Virus record (IMG/VR): IMGVR_UViG_3300029286_002355
Location: 64,001-128,000 of that record
DNA: 64,000 nt
Reading direction: 5' to 3' (one strand)
Source: a virus
Shown here: one piece after another, positions 19,497-28,030 of the stretch
Layout of the letters: each line of letters starts with the position of its first letter
Position numbering within the stretch: position 1 is the first letter of the stretch
The notes under the pieces: generated by a model
The model's database searches: none
What the model was told of the DNA's origin: nothing
Seen by the model: only the letters and a program-made list of their open reading frames with translations
Made by a program: the position numbers and the translations under genes

Positions 19497-19736
19497 TTAT
19501 AGTTTAACAAAAGATGGGCTCCACGGTTCTGTTTCTGATATTGTAAATGGTGTTTGGTTAATAAGTCCGCTTGTAAACTTTGAACTATCCATCTTTAACC
19601 TTGATTGCTTTTCTGCTTCCGCTATACTCCTTGCCCTGCTCACTATTCCTATTGTTATTACTGATTGGAAATAACTAATGTAATTATTAGGTTCTCCATC
19701 ATGTTTGATCTTTATCCGATTCCTAGTTACTGACAT
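19497..19736 (-). CDS. Hypothetical protein
   Basis: 79 aa, RBS AGGAG, upstream TTGATT-16-TACAAT. Confidence 0.6.
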   Translation of the reverse strand: MSVTRNRIKIKHDGEPNNYISYFQSVITIGIVSRARSIAEAEKQSRLKMDSSKFTSGLINQTPFTISETEPWSPSFVKL

Positions 19737-19820
19737 AATCCTATCTCCTTTATTTTCTTGCTACTTCCTAATACTATTGTAATTGAAAACCGGAAAAAAT
19801 CAACTACTTTTTAGTATTTT

Positions 19821-21536
19821 TTAACAAGGGATTATGTCCACTACCGTAAGTTCAAATTTAGAATAAGGCATACTAGAATTGGGAAGACGCTGAGGAAATG
19901 AAAACATAATGTTAACCTTTTTCCCTTCCATTTCGGTTCCACATAGAGCATGAAATGTTTTGAAGGTGTAAGGTATTTTTGTCCCATTTTTTTCAACATT
20001 AAACTTCATTAAACGCCAACCCTTATTCTTGTCAAGAAAAGATATATCTGTAATAATTGCATTGGATAACATAAAAATAGGTTCGTTGTTATTTTCGTCA
20101 CAATATGGATAAAGATGTTGACACAAAACTTTTGCCGTTTTAGGGGTTATAGCATCTACAGTTAATTTACCATCGTAATACTGAATAGGATCTTCCGTGA
20201 TGTGGTGCCTGTCATAAATGGTTTTACATGCCTTGTTAAATATTTTATTTGCTTTTTTAAGACAATTTATCTTTAAGGTAACTCCTGCCGCCGAAGCATG
20301 ACCCCCATAAGTTTCAAATATTTCAGGGCATTCATCGAGAATTTCTTTTAAATTAACGCCGGGGATAGTCCTGCCACTTCCTTTCCAAACACCGTTATGT
20401 TTCCCTACAACAATAGAAGGTTTTTTGTAAAGATCAACTAATCGGGCGGCTACAATACCTACTACTCCAATATGCCACTGATCATTGGAAATTAATATTC
20501 CGTGAGAAAAACTTCCATTGCCCATCTCTACAATTGCCTTGGCTTCTATCTCTATTTGTTTTTGAACATCTTTTCTTTCATCATTATAGGCCAAAATATA
20601 TCCTGCCATTTTATCAGCAGAGGCCATATCTCGTTCTACCATTAAGCCAAAGACAAGATCGGGATGAAACATTCTACCAACCGCATTTATTTTGGGAGCT
20701 ATTTGGAACGATATATCTTCTTGGGTTACAGAAGATGAATTTATTCTGGACTGTTTCAAAAGAGCAGTTAATCCAGAAGCGACAACGTTATTCAGTGCAT
20801 ATTCGGTCAATCCGTTTTTAACTATGATTCTATTGTCACCAATGATAGGGCTGCAATCGGCTATGGTTCCTATTGCGGATAACGATAAGTATTCTATTGG
20901 ATTAACTTTTTTCGTAAACCATCGAACTCCTCTTATAAATTGGAACATTTCTCCGCAAGTACACATTTCACAATTTCCGCCCAAATGCCAAGATATTATC
21001 GCATCGGCATTGTTTACAGCATCTTTATTAACCGAATGGTGATCAATTATAATAATTTTGCATCCAAACAAAGATTTAAGTTCTTCTATTTCCTTAACAC
21101 TATTCGTTCCACAATCGAGCACAAACAACAGGTTTATTTTCTTATCCTTGTTCTTATTTTTAATTTCCTCAAGAGACCTATGGTTTAGTCCGTATCCGTG
21201 ATCTAATCTTGACGGCAGCAAACAATTACATTCAACCCCAAAAGTTTTGCATAATTCCATAAGCATCACGCTAGATAGAATTCCGTCCACGTCGTAATCT
21301 CCCCATGAAGCAACAGATCCCTTATTATTTACCACTTCTAAGAATATTTCAACAGCCTTTTCTACGTCGTGTAATGAAAATGGGTGAGAAAGGTCATTAT
21401 ATTTTGCAGATAAAAAAACATCAACGTCAACGGCGGCAACATTCCTCTGAGCAATAAGTCGGGCCAACATTTTATGATAGCCGCACTGAATCAATTCTTG
21501 CTCTTTCGCTTTATCGTATGGTCTTTGTTTCCACAT
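19821..21536 (-). CDS. recJ: Single-stranded DNA exonuclease RecJ
   Basis: GDYDVDG, R..GYG, LDCG, IDHH, IGTIAD, APKINAVGR, GSGR, GGHASAAG. Confidence 0.96.
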   Translation of the reverse strand: MWKQRPYDKAKEQELIQCGYHKMLARLIAQRNVAAVDVDVFLSAKYNDLSHPFSLHDVEKAVEIFLEVVNNKGSVASWGDYDVDGILSSVMLMELCKTFGVECNCLLPSRLDHGYGLNHRSLEEIKNKNKDKKINLLFVLDCGTNSVKEIEELKSLFGCKIIIIDHHSVNKDAVNNADAIISWHLGGNCEMCTCGEMFQFIRGVRWFTKKVNPIEYLSLSAIGTIADCSPIIGDNRIIVKNGLTEYALNNVVASGLTALLKQSRINSSSVTQEDISFQIAPKINAVGRMFHPDLVFGLMVERDMASADKMAGYILAYNDERKDVQKQIEIEAKAIVEMGNGSFSHGILISNDQWHIGVVGIVAARLVDLYKKPSIVVGKHNGVWKGSGRTIPGVNLKEILDECPEIFETYGGHASAAGVTLKINCLKKANKIFNKACKTIYDRHHITEDPIQYYDGKLTVDAITPKTAKVLCQHLYPYCDENNNEPIFMLSNAIITDISFLDKNKGWRLMKFNVEKNGTKIPYTFKTFHALCGTEMEGKKVNIMFSFPQRLPNSSMPYSKFELTVVDIIPC

Positions 21537-22629
21537 ATTTATTATGTCCTAAGAATTCTGCCCATCCATTCCATTCATTTTTGTAAACTTTTTGTGGATT
21601 TATAGGAATATGACAATAGCCCTTGGATCTTATATGTTTTTTCCATTCGCTATCATTTTTTAAATGTAATGATATGGCTAACGTCCTTGCTTTTTTCATT
21701 GAAACAAACTTAGTTTTCAAATAATTGCTTTTTATTTCTCCAATACCATCAAATCGTTTATATTTTTCAACCAATTTCAGATTGCTTTCATTATACATAT
21801 ACTTCTTTAGTCTTCTAGCGTCGTTTATTCCACAAGTGAGTTGATAGTTCCATGCCGTATGTCTAAAACAAACCCCATTTACGGTTTTATCTTTTTCTTT
21901 TTCTTTTCTTCGCCTGATATATCCATAAAACCCATCTATGTTTTCCCTAAGAATATTTAAAAGACCATAAATAAAAATTTTGCTGCCAGAAGTGAAATTT
22001 GCGACATAATTAATTTTTTGTATTCCACTTTCTTTTGTTCTTCTAGCATCTTTGGACATGCAAATACAACCATCGCCATCAAAATAACCTCTTACAAAAT
22101 CTGGCAAAAGATTTTTTGGAATTTTAGGAAACGTTACATCTAAGCTCTTTCTTTCTTTTCCGCCTAAGGAAACTATATCATTCACAATTTCTCTAGATTG
22201 TATTTCAAACTGGCATACTCCCCATTTTCTTACCTTAATTGGGTAATTAGATCTCATGACTCTAAGTATTTTTTGTAAAATATATTTTCTGGGTTTCCCT
22301 TGCGATATACAAAATTTATCTTTATATATCCATCCGTCTGCCCACCAAAAACCCAATATATAAGCCATATCGTGCGACCATGTTTTAAAGAAATTATGGT
22401 TGGCATCATACTTTCTACATGTTTTTCTCTCTCCACCTAGCCAATCTCTCATCCCTTTCCAATCTTTTCCATACACTTTACGGGGAACAGATGGAATTTT
22501 CTCATTAAAACTTTTACTTTTTCTCCAATCCCTTAACTCATCTTGGTTCTGCAATCTCAATTTTCTAACAAATCTTCTAGCTCGTTCAAAATTCCAAAAC
22601 CTACTCTTTATCTTGTTTCTTTTTACCAT
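21511..22629 (-). CDS. Double-motif LAGLIDADG homing endonuclease flanked by integrase-repeat-type units
   Basis: YILGFWWADG and FVRGYFDGDG; N- and C-terminal F..AR...L.L....W...IP..P..VY...W.G...LG repeats. Confidence 0.88.
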   Translation of the reverse strand: MVKRNKIKSRFWNFERARRFVRKLRLQNQDELRDWRKSKSFNEKIPSVPRKVYGKDWKGMRDWLGGERKTCRKYDANHNFFKTWSHDMAYILGFWWADGWIYKDKFCISQGKPRKYILQKILRVMRSNYPIKVRKWGVCQFEIQSREIVNDIVSLGGKERKSLDVTFPKIPKNLLPDFVRGYFDGDGCICMSKDARRTKESGIQKINYVANFTSGSKIFIYGLLNILRENIDGFYGYIRRRKEKEKDKTVNGVCFRHTAWNYQLTCGINDARRLKKYMYNESNLKLVEKYKRFDGIGEIKSNYLKTKFVSMKKARTLAISLHLKNDSEWKKHIRSKGYCHIPINPQKVYKNEWNGWAEFLGHNKYVETKTIR

Positions 22630-22777
22630 TTGTTAACTCCCCATAAGTGTTCCTAATGAATTTTCTTATGAATTTAGACATATTAACACAGTGGTCGTTT
22701 CTAAGAAATTCAACCATGTTGTTTTCTTCTTTGGTAATTCTAACACAAATGCTATGATTTTTAATGTCTTCTTTCAT
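22601..22777 (-). CDS. Small ribbon-helix-helix-like protein (not in ORF track)
   Basis: Hand translation MKEDIKNHSICVRITKEENNMVEFLRNDHCVNMSKFIRKFIRNTYGELTNGKKKQDKE; GAGG RBS; overlaps the LAGLIDADG start. Confidence 0.65.
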   Translation of the reverse strand: MKEDIKNHSICVRITKEENNMVEFLRNDHCVNMSKFIRKFIRNTYGELTNGKKKQDKE

Positions 22778-22797
22778 AATTTTACCTCACTTATGTG

Positions 22798-22823
22798 ATT
22801 CTATAAATGTAATGCAAATTCCT
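22798..22823 (-). promoter_or_regulatory. Sigma-H-like promoter AGGAATT-12-ATAGAAT
   Basis: Full match to RNAGGAWWW-N11/12-RNNGAAT upstream of the RHH/LAGLIDADG genes. Confidence 0.7.
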
Positions 22824-22830
22824 GCTTTTA

Positions 22831-22878
22831 TTATACGTTTTCTTCCTTAGCTTTGTCGTATGTTTTTAATTGCCACAT
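22831..22878 (-). pseudogene. Remnant 5' end of recJ (15 codons)
   Basis: MWQLKTYDKAKEENV* versus RecJ MWKQRPYDKAKEQEL; ATG 6 nt after TGTATAAT. Confidence 0.75.
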
Positions 22879-22899
22879 GGAGATATTATACAGTAATTT
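22877..22899 (-). promoter_or_regulatory. Extended -10 promoter, copy 1 of a 23-bp direct repeat
   Basis: ATGGAGATATTATACAGTAATTT, identical at 24037..24059. Confidence 0.75.
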
Positions 22900-22940
22900 G
22901 AAAGGATATTCTGCGTAGTTTTATGAAAGAATATCTAACT

Positions 22941-23741
22941 ATGAAAATTAAATTATCCAAATCTCAGTGGGAATCAATGGGAAAGCAAGCGGGTTGGATG
23001 CAAAAAAAATCTCAAAATACTAGAGAATTTTATCACGGAACCAGCTCTGGCCCAAATAATGAAAAAGTTATATCGTTTAAAAACGGGATAAACCAATCTG
23101 TCGCTCAAGGATATGGTCAGGGATCTGGCTTTTATGTGTGGTTGAATAAAAATAACGCCATTAATCATTCTCAAGAATTTTCTAAGGGTGGGTATCCAAT
23201 GATCGTTTCTATTCAAGCAGAATTATCTCCTCAAAATTTTGATTTGGATCACGAGGTTATGTCTTCAATGACTGGACAATTCATATACGACACATGGGAC
23301 AACTTATTTAAGAGAATTCCTGAAAATTATGTAAGTGTAGAAAGAGGTACGCTAAATATTAATAAAAGTAGAAAAGTAGTAGAAAGTAATGTGATGGTTT
23401 TTAGCTTTGGCAATGGAGGAACTAAAGCGTTAAGACCGTCAACAGAATCAGATATAGGAGCTGGAGAAATATTTGGGTCTATTTTCAACGCTATTCAAAA
23501 ACTGTTCCCGCAACAAACATCGGATTTTGAATTAAAAGCATTTAGCCAAGTGGTGAACAATACTAACGCAGCTTTAAAATATGTTGGTAGCCAAACGTTA
23601 ATCCCGTCAAAAATTGAATGTTTTATAAATAATCAGTGGATTGACGTTACAAACCAAAATATGCCTCAACAGGTTCAATCGCAACCAACACAACCAGCAC
23701 AATCTAACCCATTAGCACCCACTACGCCACCAACAACTTAA
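22941..23741 (+). CDS. Putative ADP-ribosyltransferase-fold protein with an N-terminal leader peptide
   Basis: FYHGTS and GSGFYV motifs of H-Y-type ARTs; leader MKIKLSKSQWESMGKQAGW; Q/P/T-rich tail; likely start 22941. Confidence 0.55.
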   Translation: MKIKLSKSQWESMGKQAGWMQKKSQNTREFYHGTSSGPNNEKVISFKNGINQSVAQGYGQGSGFYVWLNKNNAINHSQEFSKGGYPMIVSIQAELSPQNFDLDHEVMSSMTGQFIYDTWDNLFKRIPENYVSVERGTLNINKSRKVVESNVMVFSFGNGGTKALRPSTESDIGAGEIFGSIFNAIQKLFPQQTSDFELKAFSQVVNNTNAALKYVGSQTLIPSKIECFINNQWIDVTNQNMPQQVQSQPTQPAQSNPLAPTTPPTT

Positions 23742-23770
23742 TTTTACGGTATAAATTTATTTCTCTTGAC

Positions 23771-23986
23771 CTAAATACAATTCTTTTTATAAACTTTAAT
23801 AATGGCTTTTTTGTATTGCGATAATTGTGGCTCTAACCCATAAGTAGCAATAATATGTGGTTTTTTATTTAAGATATCAATCGAATCGGAAAATCTTATT
23901 TCTATAAAATTAGCTGATTCTAAATCATTAATCATATTTCCCTGTAGTTCTGTTGCGACCCTATATTGATCTATTTTCTTCTTCAT
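23771..23986 (-). CDS. Hypothetical protein
   Basis: 71 aa, AAGGA RBS, upstream repeated promoter. Confidence 0.55.
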   Translation of the reverse strand: MKKKIDQYRVATELQGNMINDLESANFIEIRFSDSIDILNKKPHIIATYGLEPQLSQYKKAIIKVYKKNCI

Positions 23987-24036
23987 AATTATTCCTTTAT
24001 TTTATAACTTCAATACGTGTTTACAAAAATTACTTT

Positions 24037-24059
24037 ATGGAGATATTATACAGTAATTT
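24037..24059 (-). promoter_or_regulatory. Extended -10 promoter, copy 2 of a 23-bp direct repeat
   Basis: Identical to 22877..22899. Confidence 0.75.
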
Positions 24060-24115
24060 CTATATTGCTATCAATTTTATCATTCCGTGTATGTTTTGTG
24101 TTGTATAATGTAAGA

Positions 24116-24406
24116 GTGAAAAAGAAGAACCGAAAAGCCATTAATAGGTCTGGAACTGAGGCCTGTTGCGTTTGTAAAAATATCGACTTTCTTCATACCC
24201 ATCATATCAACGGAAGAGACATTCCCAACTCTGACCACGCTTCAAATCTTGCGGATTTATGTCCTTCGTGCCATAATCGGGTTCATATGGGGGAAGTCAT
24301 TATAGAGCGTTGGGTTATGACTTCGGCAGGACATGAATTGATATGGCATAAAAAGGGGGAAACAGGTCTTACAGGCGACAATTCTTCACCCTATGTTATT
24401 CCCTAG
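24116..24406 (+). CDS. Small HNH endonuclease
   Basis: CCVC, HTHHING, NLADLCPSCHNRVH; likely GTG start at 24116, 6 nt after TGTATAAT. Confidence 0.8.
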   Translation: MKKKNRKAINRSGTEACCVCKNIDFLHTHHINGRDIPNSDHASNLADLCPSCHNRVHMGEVIIERWVMTSAGHELIWHKKGETGLTGDNSSPYVIP

Positions 24407-25496
24407 TTAATTCTCTATACAATGCTTCAATTTTGCCTTGGTCAACCGAATGTGGAATTGTGGAAGTTTTATATAGTTCTTTGAGATTTTCCATTCTCTT
24501 TTCCACCTCGTCCATTAGCTCTTCATACTGGAATTCTCCATTACGAATCTTCATAAGGTAATCTCTTTGTTTTCCTTCAAATCTAACAAGAGGGCATCCA
24601 TGAGTAAGAATATGCTCACCCGAAATTAAAAGTCGAAAAGTATGCATCATATTTTTAGCATCCCACTTCATGACCTTATTATCATGACCTATCCATCTAT
24701 TAGGATTTTTGTTATCTACCCACTCCTTATACTTTCTATGTTGCTGTAGGGCTTTTTCGTATTCGTTTTTATTATAGATCAAAATACCATAAAACTTATC
24801 CCACTCATCATCAATAGGAATACTTTCACATACCAACATATCATCCCCACGAAATACTCCTTTAGCTTGTTCTCCATAGTCATATAATCTATAAGTATCA
24901 GAAACGTGCTCTAATCCCGCTGCATGAAATCTACTTAAATCAAGACCAGATTTACTTAACGGCATAGGTCTCATGGGAAAAATAGCAGAGAAAATATCAA
25001 TATGTCTAACCCCCATAAAAAATGGAGATTTAATTACATGACAAAAATCTTCTTTAATAGGCTTTTTGAACATTTCTGGGTGATTAATCATTTTATTTTG
25101 ACCCGTCGCCTTTTCACATTGAGCCCTTGCATAAGCTATATGTGTAAAGAAACATTTTTTGGAAATAAAAAGATCTCTATATTTAATTAGCTCATCCATT
25201 TTTACTGTTTTAATATTGACACAATTATCTGGAATCCATAAAAGTTCTACGCAATTTGGATTTGATTTTTGTAATAACTCAAAAATTCTTTTTAGGCTGT
25301 AATAAACAATATCGTGTTTCTCGTCATTAATTTGCCCCGATGGTTCTGAAAGTCCAAGATATTCTAAAGAAGGGTTTATATATAGGCCACGAGTATCAAA
25401 ATCAGATTTTTCTGGAAGATGAAGATTATATGCCCTACTACCAGAGACACATTCAAAAATTATACGATCTGAATATTTAAGTTCATTAAGATTCAT
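24396..25496 (-). CDS. Pol-beta-superfamily nucleotidyltransferase (Nuc-transf/RlaP-like)
   Basis: SGSRAY...SDFDTRG, NPNCVELL, KNMMHTFRLL. Confidence 0.85.
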   Translation of the reverse strand: MNLNELKYSDRIIFECVSGSRAYNLHLPEKSDFDTRGLYINPSLEYLGLSEPSGQINDEKHDIVYYSLKRIFELLQKSNPNCVELLWIPDNCVNIKTVKMDELIKYRDLFISKKCFFTHIAYARAQCEKATGQNKMINHPEMFKKPIKEDFCHVIKSPFFMGVRHIDIFSAIFPMRPMPLSKSGLDLSRFHAAGLEHVSDTYRLYDYGEQAKGVFRGDDMLVCESIPIDDEWDKFYGILIYNKNEYEKALQQHRKYKEWVDNKNPNRWIGHDNKVMKWDAKNMMHTFRLLISGEHILTHGCPLVRFEGKQRDYLMKIRNGEFQYEELMDEVEKRMENLKELYKTSTIPHSVDQGKIEALYRELTRE

Positions 25497-25651
25497 AAGT
25501 TTTTGTGAGCGGAAACCCCGACATCTTCAGTGTCGTGGGTAAGCGAACATCTTTTGATATTTTCTTCCGCTTCTCTCCTTTGTCTTATATTATACTCATT
25601 ATCTGCCAAAAATCAAGGAAAAAGAAAATTAAAATATTTTCACTTTCTTAG

Positions 25652-25676
25652 AGGATTTTAAAAAGTTTCATAGAAC
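25652..25676 (+). promoter_or_regulatory. Sigma-H-like promoter AGGATTT-11-ATAGAAC
   Basis: Upstream of second tnpB. Confidence 0.55.
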
Positions 25677-25696
25677 TAATAAGACATAACAAAACT

Positions 25697-26839
25697 ATGA
25701 AAGTTCTTAAAACATATAAACTAAAACTTGATGGAGATTTTTCTAACATTTCTTCCGTTTCTAATTCCTATCTCCAAGCTATAAACTGGATGTCTGAAAT
25801 TATATATAACAAACATAAATCTTCTTCAATCAAAGATGTAAAACCTGATAACCCCAATAAACTATCAAAAGAATATTACTCCGTCATTAGAGAAAAATTC
25901 AAGCTGACTAGTCAACTAACACAATCCCTCTTCCGTCATCTTATGGGAACTTATTGGTCTATGAAATCTAATGGAAACTGGGAACTAGCTATATATAAGA
26001 AACCTACTATTCCCGTATGCTGGAAAAGAGATTTTAATGTTTCAAATAGAAATGGACTTACAATCTGGAGAAACAAATTTTCTTATAAATCTAAAGAATT
26101 ACCCACTGGAAGCTGGAAAGATTCTAAAATAAAACTAATCAAAGAACAATGGTATCTTATACTTACAATAGAGCTTGAATCTAAGGAACAAAAAATCGAA
26201 GGAAGCATTATTGGGGTTGACAGAGGAATTAAAAATATTTTAGTTGCCACAAACTTGTCTACAAATAAAACACTATATATAAAGGGAGGAAAGTTAAATC
26301 ACAAGAGAAAGTGCATTAGACAGACTAAAAGTAAAGTTGCTAGTGTTGGTACTCAATCCGCTAAGAGATTATTAAAAAGACTTAGTGGAAAAGAGAAATC
26401 CGTAACACAAGAAATGCTACATATTGCTTCAAAAGAGTTAGTAACATTTGCCGAGTCTCAAAATGCAAAAACAATAGTAATGGAAAAATTAACTCATTAT
26501 CGCAAAAACCAAAAGAACCAAGGAAGGGTATTAAATAGGATGAAGCATTCTTGGCCTTATGCAAAAGCTGGATTCTTTATTGAATATAAGGCATTGGATA
26601 AGGGCATGGAAGTCAAGTATGTAAATCCTAGAGATACTAGTAGAAGTTGTCCTAAATGTGGCAATGTATCGAAAGAGAATAGAAATGGGTTAATGTTCTG
26701 TTGTGTTTCTTGTGGCTATAAAGACAATTCTGATCGTGTTGGAAGTATTAATATTTCTATGCGATCTGTTCTTCTAAGGCAAGCCGAGGAAGAACGAGCC
26801 TCAATCAATAGGCTTAAAGTAACAGAGAGTAATCTTTAG
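25697..26839 (+). CDS. tnpB: TnpB RNA-guided endonuclease
   Basis: IGVDRG, VMEKL, CPKCG/CVSCG, NSDRVGSIN. Confidence 0.9.
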   Translation: MKVLKTYKLKLDGDFSNISSVSNSYLQAINWMSEIIYNKHKSSSIKDVKPDNPNKLSKEYYSVIREKFKLTSQLTQSLFRHLMGTYWSMKSNGNWELAIYKKPTIPVCWKRDFNVSNRNGLTIWRNKFSYKSKELPTGSWKDSKIKLIKEQWYLILTIELESKEQKIEGSIIGVDRGIKNILVATNLSTNKTLYIKGGKLNHKRKCIRQTKSKVASVGTQSAKRLLKRLSGKEKSVTQEMLHIASKELVTFAESQNAKTIVMEKLTHYRKNQKNQGRVLNRMKHSWPYAKAGFFIEYKALDKGMEVKYVNPRDTSRSCPKCGNVSKENRNGLMFCCVSCGYKDNSDRVGSINISMRSVLLRQAEEERASINRLKVTESNL

Positions 26840-26913
26840 TTACAAACCCAATGATCTTTAGTCATTGGGTAGTTGATGAGGGATTATAACAGAAACAATA
26901 AGGAAATCAAGCT

Positions 26914-27150
26914 TTAAATAGGGCGAAATGCTTTACCTGAGAAATGTAGTTTTTCGACAAACATTTGAAGGCGTGATTTAGGGGCCGTAAAAAGTAACCC
27001 ATTATCTTTTTCTTCTACTTTAATTCCATACTGACGAGCTACAGACCCAACAGTTCCTAGAACATCTCCATGGGTTTTTACTCGCATATCTATTAATGTT
27101 TCGTAAGGTGAAATTCCGCACCAAACCGATAATGTAGGTTGCTTTTCCAT
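26914..27150 (-). CDS. Hypothetical protein
   Basis: 78 aa ORF in an intergenic slot. Confidence 0.55.
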   Translation of the reverse strand: MEKQPTLSVWCGISPYETLIDMRVKTHGDVLGTVGSVARQYGIKVEEKDNGLLFTAPKSRLQMFVEKLHFSGKAFRPI

Positions 27151-27202
27151 GATATTTATTTCAAAAGAAGGTAGTTGAATCCCTTCTTATGAAAAATTTA
27201 CT

Positions 27203-27553
27203 ATGCGTCGTTCTTCTAAAAAGAAAAAACACAAAAGAGACAGTAAAAATAATCTCTATAAAATAACCCATCGACTCTACAATGAAATTAGAGAAAACCC
27301 AGAAGCCTTAAAACTTAAAAAATTACGTGGATATCAAGGCGAATACGACATGACAACAGAAAATATTCTGGTTGATTACCGCAAAATGTTTTTCCCAACC
27401 CTTATCCATGAGTATTTTCACAAATGGAACGAAGAAAAAAATGAAACTTGGATTCTTAATAAGGAACGCACAATCATCAATAGCATATCCGTAAGGCAAA
27501 TTGTCAATCTCATTAAGATTTTAGCTATGTCTCTATCTAGCAGAGAAAAATAA
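27203..27553 (+). CDS. Small HExxH zincin-like protein
   Basis: TLIHEYFH motif. Confidence 0.5.
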   Translation: MRRSSKKKKHKRDSKNNLYKITHRLYNEIRENPEALKLKKLRGYQGEYDMTTENILVDYRKMFFPTLIHEYFHKWNEEKNETWILNKERTIINSISVRQIVNLIKILAMSLSSREK

Positions 27554-28030
27554 CTATTCAACGTGAGAAATCTTTTTGTCCCATTCTCCTAATTCAACAA
27601 GAGTATCTTTAACGATCAACCAATCACTCATGCCCTCAAATCCAGCTTTATCTTCAAGCATGATATCTAAATACATTTTTTCAGAAAAATCACATAGCTC
27701 ATTATTTTCGCATTCAGGGTTGCAATTAACATAATCAAATCTTATGTGATATTGGTTAATCCAACTCAAAATATCATCAATAGCTTCCGCATGGCTGGAA
27801 GTATAAAGAATTATACACATATCTTTACGATTAGTAAGCCACCTAAGTACTTCTTCTGCATGGGGATACATACATCTTCCATCGTTATTCCGTGTATAGG
27901 TTCCGGGAATTATAACGTCATGAAGATCGATGGCCCAGTACATAGGATATTTCCAATTACCATGCTCGTCTTTCTTTTCACGCTTCTTTTTTTTGTCAAA
28001 GGCTCTAACAATAGCATTTTTAAGCGACAT
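27554..28030 (-). CDS. HAD-superfamily-like phage protein
   Basis: WAIDLHDVI, ILYTSS, DIMLEDKAG; start 28030 after AGGAGG. Confidence 0.7.
   Translation of the reverse strand: MSLKNAIVRAFDKKKKREKKDEHGNWKYPMYWAIDLHDVIIPGTYTRNNDGRCMYPHAEEVLRWLTNRKDMCIILYTSSHAEAIDDILSWINQYHIRFDYVNCNPECENNELCDFSEKMYLDIMLEDKAGFEGMSDWLIVKDTLVELGEWDKKISHVE

Larger units (their letters stand above)
25502..26877 (+). mobile_element. Second non-autonomous IS200/IS605-family element (tnpB only)
   Basis: Left hairpin CCCGACATCTTCAGTGTCGTGGG; right hairpin CCCAATGA-TCTTTAG-TCATTGGG-TAGTTGAT; same end family as 12709..14019; left boundary approximate. Confidence 0.75.
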
